A stretch of DNA of 64,000 nucleotides, from positions 161,284 to 225,283 of the forward strand of contig JAQTYI010000002.1 of the NCBI GenBank assembly GCA_028688325.1. The letters run 5' to 3'. The first letter of the stretch is position 1. Each line of letters starts with the position of its first letter. A program made the translations under genes and the position numbers. This document shows positions 8,739 through 17,779 of this stretch, piece after piece. Under the pieces are notes generated by a model. The model saw nothing but the letters and a program-made list of their open reading frames with translations. It made no database searches and was not told the origin of the DNA. The DNA comes from Candidatus Portnoybacteria bacterium. GTDB lineage: Bacteria; Patescibacteriota; Minisyncoccia; Portnoybacterales; GWB1-42-6.

Positions 8739-11057
8739 TCAGAGCCCCAGCCCCTTGATAAACTGCTCGCTTTGACTCTGATAGCTCGGATTAATTTGGA
8801 TCGCCTGCAGGGCCAGTTCCTTGGCTTTCTGCTTATCGCCCATTTGGGCGTAAACCGCCGCCAAACTGGCGTAAGGAGCCGCGTCGCCGGATGCCAATTT
8901 TATCCATTCCTGGTGAAGCGCGATGATGCGCGGCCAATCGCTGGTGCGCTTATAAGCACTGATCAGTTGCTTAATCTCCGTCAGCCCATATGCCCGGCCC
9001 AGCTCCTTGGCTTTTTTAATTTCCGCCTCGCCCAAATCTTTTTGACCGACGCCAATGGCAATCACGCCGTAATTCCAATGCGATAAAGACACTCTGTCGT
9101 TCAACTCCACCGCACGCTTGAATTGCGCCAAAGCATCGGCTGGCCGGCCCTGGTACATCTTTATTTGGCCGGTATAAAAATAAAGCTCTTGCCGAGTGGG
9201 ACTTAATTCCAAAGCTTTTTGCAACAGCGCATCGGCTTGCGCTAAATAATCGTTATCCGACGCGGCCGACGACAAATAAACGCTAGTCAGCATCATCATA
9301 AACCGCACATTCAGCGGTTCCTGCCCCAGGGCCCCGTTCATGCCGTCGATCGCCAATTTTGTAAACTTCTTCTTGACATCCGCCGGAATGTTGCTGTTCT
9401 GCGATAATTGCAAAGCCGCATCCTGGACGCGCATAGCGATTTCCGGCAAACCGTATGTGCCGATATCAAAAGACGCCTTAAATTGCGCCAGCGATTCATC
9501 CGCCTTGCCTTGCTGTAAAGTTTGCAAAGCGCCTATGCCTTCCATACTGGCCAGGCCCGGCTTTATGTTCACGAAATAAAGCGCGAACGCCAGAATCAGA
9601 ACCGTCGTAACTTTAAAAAAGAAATTCGGTCTTACCGGCTGAATATTAAGATTTTCCGCAGAAGGTTTCACGCTTAAAAAAACAATGAAAGCCATTATGG
9701 AATAAAACATCAGAAGCGTCACCTGCGTGTCGAACACAAAAACATTCTGAATGCCATAGGTCAACAAAACCACCGAAAAAATGGCCGCGGTAAAATAAGT
9801 TATTTTCCCTTGCCGCCAAGCCGACCATAAATACCAGAAAGCTAAAAAGATCACCGCCAAATAAGCCGCCATTCCCAGCAGGCCCGTGTTGACCAAAATA
9901 TCCAAATAAGCGTTATGCGAACGATCAAACCACGACTCCACCGGATAAAGATCGGGGTTATAAAATTGGTTAAAAACGACATAATAATTTTCCGGCCCCC
10001 AGCCAAAAAGCGGTTTTCCCAAAAAGCCCCGCCAACTCATTTGCCACGCCATTAAGCGCGTTTGGGCGGTTGTTTCGGCCAAGTTGATATGGGTAATCCG
10101 GCTCAAAGTCGGGCTATTTTGAACAAAAGCGGAATCACGGCTTAGAAAAATAAAACCGCCGACCAAGAACAGACCGATAAAAACCGCCAGAAGGTATCTT
10201 TTTAATCTTTCCGGCCGCGCAAAAGGCAGGATCGCCAGGTCTTTTTGGCGAGCAAAGATAAAAAATATAAACAGGCCCAGAACCCCGGCTCCAAAAGCCA
10301 CCAACGCGCCTCTGGTCTGGGTTTCATACATAACAAACAGATTTACCACTATCGCCAAACCGTAGAAAAGACGCCAGCCGGTTGATCTTTTTTCCAGCAT
10401 CAGCCAGAGGGCGAATAAAGCGTTAAAAAGCATATAGCCGGCCAAAAAAGAAGCGTTGCCGATGGTACCATCCAAACGCGCGCCGCCGCTGGAAGTAAAA
10501 ATGCCAGCCAGCTGTCCCAAGCCGTAAAACGCTTCTATAACGCTGGCTAAAATCGAAAAATCGAAAAATTTGTGCCAGTCCTTCTGGGTTTTGAAAATAT
10601 TAGCCGCCACGAATAAAAATCCCAGATAATGCAAGAGCGATATTACGCCGGCCATGCGCTCGTAGTTTGACCAGAAGCTGTGATATGTGTTCACTCCGAA
10701 AATCGAGCTCAATATCATCACCACAAAATATGCCGTCAGTGCTTTAAAAAGCCAGGATGAGCGGGGTCGGTAGTCGGGATTTTTTAATGCCAAAAACAGA
10801 TATAACGCGAGAATGATTTCCACAATTATTTGGAAAGACGCTTGTTTGGGGAAAATATACGGGAAAATAAAACTTCCGCCGATAAGCAAGGGCATAAAAA
10901 GACAAGCGAAAAGACCGGCTTTGATGGTTGAAACGAGCCAATTTGACTGATAGCTTTTAACCGATTTTGACATAATTTTATAAATTTCTAATTGATTACA
11001 CAAAATCCCAATGCCCAAAACCAAAACCCAAATAAAATCACGAATCTCAAATCTCAA
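8739..11057 (-). CDS. O-antigen ligase family (Wzy_C/PglL/WaaL-like) polytopic membrane protein with C-terminal TPR-repeat domain
   Basis: 772 aa; about 12 TM helices; Wzy_C signatures TQTRGALVAFGAG, FGWGPENY, DRSHNAYLDILVNTGLLG; C-terminal ~270 aa TPR-like repeats. Confidence 0.75.
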   Translation of the reverse strand: MRFEIRDFIWVLVLGIGILCNQLEIYKIMSKSVKSYQSNWLVSTIKAGLFACLFMPLLIGGSFIFPYIFPKQASFQIIVEIILALYLFLALKNPDYRPRSSWLFKALTAYFVVMILSSIFGVNTYHSFWSNYERMAGVISLLHYLGFLFVAANIFKTQKDWHKFFDFSILASVIEAFYGLGQLAGIFTSSGGARLDGTIGNASFLAGYMLFNALFALWLMLEKRSTGWRLFYGLAIVVNLFVMYETQTRGALVAFGAGVLGLFIFFIFARQKDLAILPFARPERLKRYLLAVFIGLFLVGGFIFLSRDSAFVQNSPTLSRITHINLAETTAQTRLMAWQMSWRGFLGKPLFGWGPENYYVVFNQFYNPDLYPVESWFDRSHNAYLDILVNTGLLGMAAYLAVIFLAFWYLWSAWRQGKITYFTAAIFSVVLLTYGIQNVFVFDTQVTLLMFYSIMAFIVFLSVKPSAENLNIQPVRPNFFFKVTTVLILAFALYFVNIKPGLASMEGIGALQTLQQGKADESLAQFKASFDIGTYGLPEIAMRVQDAALQLSQNSNIPADVKKKFTKLAIDGMNGALGQEPLNVRFMMMLTSVYLSSAASDNDYLAQADALLQKALELSPTRQELYFYTGQIKMYQGRPADALAQFKRAVELNDRVSLSHWNYGVIAIGVGQKDLGEAEIKKAKELGRAYGLTEIKQLISAYKRTSDWPRIIALHQEWIKLASGDAAPYASLAAVYAQMGDKQKAKELALQAIQINPSYQSQSEQFIKGLGL

Positions 11058-11118
11058 ATTATTAAAGATTTGGGGTTGGGATTTTATTGGAAATTTGTCA
11101 TTGGGATTTGCTTGAAAA
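10958..11118. repeat. AT-rich palindromic intergenic element (aaatcccaa / ttgggattt words)
   Basis: aaaatcccaatgcccaaaaccaaaacccaaataaaatc ... gatttggggttgggattttattggaaatttgtcattgggattt: inverted arms. Confidence 0.55.
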
Positions 11119-13188
11119 TTATTTTATCTGTTCCCAATACCGCCTAACTTCCTCACCCATTTTACCATCAATCTTTTGCGCTTGTGAAATGATTTCCTGC
11201 GCTTTGGCCTGTTGCCCCGATAAAGAATAGCCGGCCGCCAAGACCAGATAGGCGTCTTTTTTATTCGGCCTCAGCTCTTTAGCTCGGTTGCCCAAGTCAA
11301 TGGCCATGCTCATCCGGCCACGGTCTTGGGTCGAAAAATAAAGATCCAACCAGGCCAGCGCAAGATAATTCCCGGCTTGGTCGGGCGAGCGCTCAATCCC
11401 TTTTGCCAGCGCCGCGGCGGCGATATTATAAAAGTCCTCATTTTGCGCCAAAGCCGGGTTTTGATTGATTTTATCAATATAGTCCAAAGAGGCCTGATAT
11501 GCAATCTCGGCGGAACCGAATGCGCCCAGATCAAGCGCATCTTTCAGCAGAGGCGCCTCAAGGGCGGCATTTTCCGCGGGCAATGACAATATCTGGTTGG
11601 CCCGGTAGGCGGCCAGGAGAGGTTTGAAATTAAAAGAGTAAACGGCCGTTAGCAAATAGCCGACAACCAATAGCAAAATAATTTTTTTAAAAACACTCCA
11701 CTCGCCGCCGCGAGAAATCTCCCGCCGGCAAGGAAATATCACGCAGTCGGACTGCGTGATATTGACGATAAATGCCAGAACGAAAAACAGCATTAGATAA
11801 GAAACAAAGGAATCAAAAATAAAAAAATTCTGGACCAGATACGCGGCCAGGAGAGACAAAAAAATGACAGAAAATAAAAACGCCTTTTTTTTATTTTCTG
11901 TCATCCCGGACTCGATCCGGGATCCAGGAGCATGGATTCCGGCTTTCGCCGGAATGACAACCCTAATTAATTCATAGCTTACTATAATAAAAATACCCAA
12001 ATACGCCAACAATCCCAGCCAACCCGTTGCCACGCCGTAATCAAAAATAAAATTGTGTGCGCGGTCAGTTGCGTAGGCCTCAAATTCCGCCAGGCGCGGC
12101 GATAGATATCGGCCCGTGGCCGCCTCGAAATTTTCCGGACCAAAACCCAAAATCGGCTTGGTTTGCCAGGCCCGCCAAGCGCCTTGCCAAAGAAGCAAGC
12201 GGCTTTGGGTCGTGGCATCGCTCAGGGAAAAATGGGTTAAGCGATACAGAGTTGAATTATTTTTTACCAGGTCGTTGCCGCGGAAAAGAAACAAAGAAAT
12301 AATCAAAACAAAAATAATGGCCAAAAACACCCAGCTTGTTTTTTTTGTCATCCCGAATTTATTTTGGGATTTCCTGTCACTGGATCCTGAAACAAGTTTA
12401 GGACGACAAACTTCTTGATTAAATAAAAAAATAATTATCCCCGCCGCCAGCCCCAGCCACGCGCCGCGCGTGCCGGACAATAATAAGCTTATGGTTAATA
12501 GCAAAGAACTAATAGCAAAAAACCATTTTCGCCACCCGGCCGACGCAAAAAATAAATAACCGGCTAAAAAAAGATTAAGCAAGGCATAGCCGGCAAAAAA
12601 GCCCGCGTTGCCGATAAGACCAAAGACCCGGCCATTTGCCGGCAAAAGAATACCCCAGCCCCCCAGGCGCTGAATAAGGGCTGTGAGGGCGATAAATACG
12701 GCCACTGCCACTGAAATTCCCGCTAATTTAACCCAATCTTGCTGCCCCTTAAAAACGGCGGATAACATTAAAAACCAAGCAACAAAATGCGCTAAACCCC
12801 AAACTCCGCCTCCCCGCTCCAAACTACCCCAAAAACTATTGTAAAAATCTAAGCCAAAAATGGCAGAGAGAAGGTTGATGGCGAAAAAAACCAATACCGC
12901 GCCCGCAACGCTGGTAAACCAACTTGTGTAGCGGGCAGGCCTGGATTCCGGCTCTCCGCTCACGCTTCGGCCGAAATGACAAAATGTTTTGGGATATTTT
13001 AGCGCCAGATAAAGATAGAGCGCCGCGGCGATCTCCACCAAAATCCTGAACGCGAAAACTTTTGGCGCGGTATAAGGAAAAATAAAAGAAGCGCTGGCAA
13101 AAAGCGGCGCGGCCAGGCAAGCAGCCAGTAAAATTTTTATCAACCCGAAAATTTTATTATCTGTCTTAGAAAAATCTGAAATTTTCAA
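11119..13188 (-). CDS. O-antigen ligase family (Wzy_C/PglL-like) membrane protein with C-terminal TPR domain; paralog of 8739-11057 carrying three in-frame palindromic-element insertions
   Basis: 689 aa; SGTRGAWLGLAAG, GFGPENF, DRAHNFIFDYGVATGWLG motifs; TPR-like tail. Three extra peptide segments relative to the paralog coincide with palindromic-element copies at 11899-11960, 12346-12392 and 12938-12983. Confidence 0.75.
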   Translation of the reverse strand: MKISDFSKTDNKIFGLIKILLAACLAAPLFASASFIFPYTAPKVFAFRILVEIAAALYLYLALKYPKTFCHFGRSVSGEPESRPARYTSWFTSVAGAVLVFFAINLLSAIFGLDFYNSFWGSLERGGGVWGLAHFVAWFLMLSAVFKGQQDWVKLAGISVAVAVFIALTALIQRLGGWGILLPANGRVFGLIGNAGFFAGYALLNLFLAGYLFFASAGWRKWFFAISSLLLTISLLLSGTRGAWLGLAAGIIIFLFNQEVCRPKLVSGSSDRKSQNKFGMTKKTSWVFLAIIFVLIISLFLFRGNDLVKNNSTLYRLTHFSLSDATTQSRLLLWQGAWRAWQTKPILGFGPENFEAATGRYLSPRLAEFEAYATDRAHNFIFDYGVATGWLGLLAYLGIFIIVSYELIRVVIPAKAGIHAPGSRIESGMTENKKKAFLFSVIFLSLLAAYLVQNFFIFDSFVSYLMLFFVLAFIVNITQSDCVIFPCRREISRGGEWSVFKKIILLLVVGYLLTAVYSFNFKPLLAAYRANQILSLPAENAALEAPLLKDALDLGAFGSAEIAYQASLDYIDKINQNPALAQNEDFYNIAAAALAKGIERSPDQAGNYLALAWLDLYFSTQDRGRMSMAIDLGNRAKELRPNKKDAYLVLAAGYSLSGQQAKAQEIISQAQKIDGKMGEEVRRYWEQIK
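11899..11960. mobile_element. Miniature palindromic element (TGTCATCCCGG...CCGGAATGACAA family) inserted in-frame in a CDS
   Basis: tgtcatcccggactcgatccgggatccaggagcatggattccggctttcgccggaatgacaa; translated in the host ORF as VIPAKAGIHAPGSRIESGMTE; absent from the paralog. Confidence 0.7.
12346..12392. mobile_element. Degenerate copy of the TGTCATCCCG element, in-frame in the CDS
   Basis: ttgtcatcccgaatttattttgggatttcctgtcactggatcctga; host translation ...SGSSDRKSQNKFGMTKKT... Confidence 0.5.
12938..12983. mobile_element. Partial copy (right half) of the palindromic element, in-frame in the CDS
   Basis: ctggattccggctctccgctcacgcttcggccgaaatgacaaaa; host translation CHFGRSVSGEPESRP. Confidence 0.5.
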
Positions 13189-13297
13189 TTTTCAATGATC
13201 AATTATCAATGAATTTTCAATGATTAAATTTTCAATTGATAATTTGAAAATTGGTGATTGATTGAAAATTGTAAATTGATAATTGAAAATTACTTTA
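13189..13297. repeat. AT-rich ~110-bp imperfect palindrome built of ttttcaat / caattatcaat words, centred on caattg
   Basis: aattttcaatgatcaattatcaatgaattttcaatgattaaattttcaattgataatttgaaaattggtgattgattgaaaattgtaaattgataattgaaaatt; left and right arms are reverse complements with a few mismatches. Confidence 0.7.
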
Positions 13298-13990
13298 TTA
13301 CTGCTTCGCTTCCAACTCCGCCAAGTCCGCTTTGGCGGCCGCGTTATCGGGCAATAGACGCACCAACTCCTTGTACCACTGGATAGCTTTATTCGTTTGG
13401 TTCGTATCCCGGAAATAACCGGCCAGCGGACCGATCAGATTGGCATTATCGGGAAATTTTTGCAAGGCCTCCAGCATCGTGGTTTCATACATCGCTTCTT
13501 GCCCGGGCAAACGATAGCGGTAGATATCCGCCATCATTAAATAAAAATTAATATCGTTCGGTTCATTGGCAATAGCTATCTTTATCATTTCCAGCCCTTT
13601 TTGCGGCTGGTTCAAAAAATTAGCGTAGAGATCCGCCAAATTGACGAACGGCGGCGAACTTTTAGGCCGAAGCTGCGCCGCATATTGCCAAACATCCCGC
13701 GCGCCTTCATAATCGCCCACACCTTTTTTCAATATCCCCAAAAAAAGCCAACCGGTAAAATCCTCCTGATCGGCCCGCAAGCGGACCAAAGCTTTATTAA
13801 AATTTTCCTGATAGATTCGCGCTTCTCCAGCGGAGAGATTTTTATCTTTTATTTCAAAAATTAATAATTTTTCCGGAGTCAAAACAGCTTCTTTTTTAAA
13901 AATATATCCTTGTTGATAGGCGAAAAAAACGCCGGCAGATAAAACTAATGCGGTCATGACGCCACAAATAATATAATATTTTTTAGACAT
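13298..13990 (-). CDS. Membrane-anchored TPR-repeat protein
   Basis: ORF-track frame 13298-14125; the first 45 codons overlap a palindromic-element copy, so the likely start is the internal Met (MSKKYYIICGVMTALVLSAGVFFAY...) at 13990. One N-terminal TM helix, then TPR-like repeats. Confidence 0.55.
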   Translation of the reverse strand: MSKKYYIICGVMTALVLSAGVFFAYQQGYIFKKEAVLTPEKLLIFEIKDKNLSAGEARIYQENFNKALVRLRADQEDFTGWLFLGILKKGVGDYEGARDVWQYAAQLRPKSSPPFVNLADLYANFLNQPQKGLEMIKIAIANEPNDINFYLMMADIYRYRLPGQEAMYETTMLEALQKFPDNANLIGPLAGYFRDTNQTNKAIQWYKELVRLLPDNAAAKADLAELEAKQ

Positions 13991-14009
13991 AATAAAAATT
14001 ATGCCATAC

Positions 14010-14072
14010 CGGATTAAATCCGGCATCCAGGCCCTAAATTCTGGATCCCGCGGCAAGCCCGGGATGACAAAA
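14010..14072. mobile_element. Palindromic element copy (TGTCATCCCGGGCTTGCC... family), reverse orientation
   Basis: gccggattaaatccggcatccaggccctaaattctggatcccgcggcaagcccgggatgacaaaaa. Confidence 0.6.
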
Positions 14073-14209
14073 AATGAATAATTACTTAACGGTATTCTAT
14101 CAAATTTTTCCCAAAAAGAAAACACCCAAAGCCCGAAGGCAAAGGGTGTTCTCTTTTTTCCCGCGGCTAAGTCACAAGCAAAGCCGAAGGAATTTTCTCA
14201 TTTAAGAGA

Positions 14210-17200
14210 TTATTTGCTCAAGGTTTGAGCCGTCAGGTTGGAAGAAGGCAAACCTGAAACCAGGTAGCCGTTCGTCCAATCAGTTATAGACGAACCAACC
14301 GGCGTCGTATCATGGCTGGCGCTTGAAACATCAGACCAGATGAAGTCGTCGCTGGCGTCCAACTCAGCATTGTCAAAGGTCACCATACCAGCGCTCATAG
14401 ATGTCGGAGCTGCGGCATCACCCATCAAGTAGGTGGTAACCGAAGCGCCCGAACCGGCACCGGCAATAGTTCCTCGCAACGCAAAGGTGCGAGAAGTGCC
14501 GGCGGAAACGGTTCTGGTAGTGGTCGCTGTGCCCCAAGTCGCGGCCGCAGCATAGGTATAGATGTCAATGACACCGCCCATGTCCGCGTAGAACTGAGTG
14601 TTCGTGGTCGTCGCGTTTAGGGTGACTTGAGCCGACTCTGTTATATCCACCAAGGTAATATCCTTAATGGACAAATGTGCGCCGAGAACCGATTGGCTGG
14701 TAGTCGCGATCGTGAAGGTGAACTTGACCAAGTCAATGTCGCCCTTGGCATCAGCGGACACTTTGAATCTATACAAATCCATAGTGCCGTTAGTCAAAGT
14801 GTTGGTGTCCAACGCGACCGTGGAAACGGTCGGGACTGACTTGTAGATGTAAGCCGAGGTCTGCGCCGTGGTCGAGCTGTAGTTAGCAATTGACGCACCC
14901 GATGACTGGCCAGTACCCATGTTATATGTGGTGCTGGTTGAGCCATAGTAGTCAATCGCAATCTGATGGCCCGCATCCGCCACGGTGTTCGTGGTGAGGA
15001 TAGGCGCGATATCGGCCTTAATGGTAACGATCTTGTCAACATTCGGTGCAAGGACCAACGCCGGCGACAGAGTAAAGGTGGTTGACGCATTGTTGGTCAA
15101 GCCAACCGCATCGCCCGTGCCTAGCGTACCGCTAGCCAATAATGTCGCTCCGTCGTAGATATAAACTTTAGACAAATCGTTCGCTGAAGAGCTGGCATTT
15201 GTCAAAGCCAACATGACTTTAGTCACATTTATCTGTTCGGCGGTGGCCTTAAACTTCAACACGGTCATGGTATTGCCCGTGGTGTTACCCGCGATCAACT
15301 TGCCAGTCGGGGTTGAAGAATCCAGAACCACGCTGTATTGGCCGCCAGCCGCGATGGTCATCGCTTGGCCCGCCTGCGCCACGGTCACACCAGTGGCCGT
15401 AATGGTCAAAGTGGTGGAAACGCCGGTCGCTGTAATGGTCGGAGAGGCCTTCAAGCCCCAAGCATGGGTGCTGGTTGAGCCGGTCGTCGCGTTGCCCGCG
15501 ATATTGCCTTTCAGAGCGAGGGTCTTGGAAGTTCCCTTCGGAATTATCACGCCGGCGCTGTCCAAGGTAATAGTCGTCTGATTAGCCGCGTCGGCTGTGC
15601 CAGCCAAAGTGGTCACATTGCTACCGGTGTTTAGAGCGGTCGTGCCATCCCACAATTGCAAAGTGGAGATGTCGGTCGCTACGCCAGCCGCGCCGATGGT
15701 GTCTTGAACTTCAACCACAGTCACTTTGACATCTTCGCCGGAGGCGGTGGCGTCAAAGAGTAAATTGGCAAAAGTGTAGCCAACAATGCCGCGGATAACT
15801 TCTTGGGCCACCGGGGTGCCGGAAACCGAAACCACTAACGAGCCGCCCTTGACAGTCATGGTGTTGCCAGTAACTTGGGTGGCCGGAGTGGCGGTAATGG
15901 AATTGCCGGTCGTGCCGCCGGTGATGCTGGTAATCTTGTCACCCGGGGTATTGAAGCCCACCGCGATGGTGCCATCGTTGGTCAGCGTGGTCGCTAAATT
16001 ACCCTTGACAAGAACCTGGGTCGTGCCAACCGGGAAAGTAACAGTGCCGGTAAAGGTGGCTTTTGACTCGCCCGCGCTGGCATAAGCTGCATCAACCGGA
16101 CCAGCTAAAATAGTACCGTCGGCTTTAGTCAGGGTCATGTTGGTAATATTGCCAACACCCAAAGAAGAAGTGGCGATTTTCAAGATCATGCTCGCCACAT
16201 TGATTGGTTCGCCCGCGACAACAAAGTCGAAGGAGCCCAACAAAACGCCGGTCGCGCCTTTGGTAATGTTGGCGGCCGGAGCGCCGGTTGAACTCTTGTC
16301 AATGCGCAGAGAGCCGGTGCCGACGGTGATGTCATTGGCATTGAAGACCGGGTTGCCAGCCGTATTCCACGGGTATGTGGTGTTGGCATCCGGAGTCAAA
16401 TAATAACCATAGACATTACCCTTGATAACCACATCTGTCGTGCGATAAATATCGAACGAGATGGTTCTGGCTGAACCGCTCAAGATATTACCTTTGACGG
16501 TAAATTCTTTGGACAAACCCTTGGCAATAGTAATGCCAGCGGTGCCAAAAGAAGCGGTGAAATACTTACCGTCGGAAGAAACCGTTGTGGCATAGTTGGT
16601 CGTGCCATCAGAAACCACAACGCTCCCTAAGTCCGAAGACGCGGCCGAGCCGGACTGGTTAAACCGGATAGAGGTTATAGTCAGGTCTTCAATTGAACCA
16701 GCCGTGAATTTGACGCCGGAGAAATTGAAGTCGTTCGTGCCGACTTCCTTATTAGTGGAAGTGGCTGCATTCAACGAACCGGAAGCGACAGTGTAGCTGC
16801 CGATGCTCAAGGTTTCGTTGATGGTTTGGCTGTTGCCGGTTATCGGCAACACGCCGCTAACAGTAGCGGTGGTTTCCACCGAGACCAAAGCCAAATTAGC
16901 GGTCTGTCCGGCCGCGCTCTGCGAGGTGGACGGCATGTTGGCCGCTAAAGTGTAATACTTGGTAGTATTGGCCGGAATGGTAAAGGACTCCCGAACGGTG
17001 ATCTGGTGATCAGCATTCAAGGTTTGATTTAAGCCGATCTGAAGATTGGTCGTGTTATCAATCAAAGCGACTGAAGACAAGGCCGTATCAGCCGCTAAAC
17101 CGGTCCGCTGCGCTTTGATAGCCGTGACCGTAACATCGGTCGCGCCGGCCGTTAAAGCAAATTTTGTGAACGGAACGCGGGCCGCCTTCAAAGGCGCAAT

Positions 17201-17779
17201 ACCGGCCGCCGGAGTGTCAGAAGCCAAAGAAACCGTTACGGTTCCGGCCACACCCGGGGTGACAGTGGTTGAAGGAGAAGCAGAAGTTCCGCCAGTGATA
17301 TCAGCACCTGGGGTGTAGACATCGCGGTCAGTGGTATTTATCTGGTAAACAGAATCCCAATCATAACCGGCGGCGGTGAACGCTTCGGCGGTCATGTTGA
17401 CCCACTGTTTCGAACCGTTATCGCTGTTTGGAACCGGAACCAGGGAATAAACTTTAGGATCGCCGACGGCTCTCACTAAAGTAGAAGTCGTGAACTGGTC
17501 CATTTGCGCTTGAGTCACGGTCTTTATTCTGCTCCAGCTCAAGTGTTGATAACTGTTGAAAACGGACGGGCTCAAGACCAATCTTTTGAAGTTCTTGGCA
17601 CCCATGTATTTCACAATATAAACATCAAGAGTATTGGCAACTCTGATGGTGTCGCCTTCAAGAATGCCGGCAACAGCAGCGGAAGCAGCCAAAGGAGCCA
17701 AGGCCGCAACGCCAGACAACCACAAGATAGTGGTCACGCTGGTTGAAACGGAAATGACTTTTTTGAATGTTTTACTCAT
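14210..17779 (-). CDS. Large secreted Thr/Ser/Gly/Ala-rich repeat protein (candidate S-layer/surface adhesin-like protein)
   Basis: 1189 aa; N-terminal signal peptide (MSKTFKKVISVSTSVTTILWLSGVAALAPLAASAA); remainder low-complexity beta-rich repeated modules dominated by T, S, G, A, V; no enzymatic motifs. Confidence 0.7.
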   Translation of the reverse strand: MSKTFKKVISVSTSVTTILWLSGVAALAPLAASAAVAGILEGDTIRVANTLDVYIVKYMGAKNFKRLVLSPSVFNSYQHLSWSRIKTVTQAQMDQFTTSTLVRAVGDPKVYSLVPVPNSDNGSKQWVNMTAEAFTAAGYDWDSVYQINTTDRDVYTPGADITGGTSASPSTTVTPGVAGTVTVSLASDTPAAGIAPLKAARVPFTKFALTAGATDVTVTAIKAQRTGLAADTALSSVALIDNTTNLQIGLNQTLNADHQITVRESFTIPANTTKYYTLAANMPSTSQSAAGQTANLALVSVETTATVSGVLPITGNSQTINETLSIGSYTVASGSLNAATSTNKEVGTNDFNFSGVKFTAGSIEDLTITSIRFNQSGSAASSDLGSVVVSDGTTNYATTVSSDGKYFTASFGTAGITIAKGLSKEFTVKGNILSGSARTISFDIYRTTDVVIKGNVYGYYLTPDANTTYPWNTAGNPVFNANDITVGTGSLRIDKSSTGAPAANITKGATGVLLGSFDFVVAGEPINVASMILKIATSSLGVGNITNMTLTKADGTILAGPVDAAYASAGESKATFTGTVTFPVGTTQVLVKGNLATTLTNDGTIAVGFNTPGDKITSITGGTTGNSITATPATQVTGNTMTVKGGSLVVSVSGTPVAQEVIRGIVGYTFANLLFDATASGEDVKVTVVEVQDTIGAAGVATDISTLQLWDGTTALNTGSNVTTLAGTADAANQTTITLDSAGVIIPKGTSKTLALKGNIAGNATTGSTSTHAWGLKASPTITATGVSTTLTITATGVTVAQAGQAMTIAAGGQYSVVLDSSTPTGKLIAGNTTGNTMTVLKFKATAEQINVTKVMLALTNASSSANDLSKVYIYDGATLLASGTLGTGDAVGLTNNASTTFTLSPALVLAPNVDKIVTIKADIAPILTTNTVADAGHQIAIDYYGSTSTTYNMGTGQSSGASIANYSSTTAQTSAYIYKSVPTVSTVALDTNTLTNGTMDLYRFKVSADAKGDIDLVKFTFTIATTSQSVLGAHLSIKDITLVDITESAQVTLNATTTNTQFYADMGGVIDIYTYAAAATWGTATTTRTVSAGTSRTFALRGTIAGAGSGASVTTYLMGDAAAPTSMSAGMVTFDNAELDASDDFIWSDVSSASHDTTPVGSSITDWTNGYLVSGLPSSNLTAQTLSK

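Noticed and set aside
14210-17779. Frameshifted or pseudogene status for the 1189-aa Thr-rich ORF because of many antisense ORFs across it
   Set aside because: A single uninterrupted 3.57-kb frame with signal peptide; antisense ORFs are explained by repetitive codon composition.
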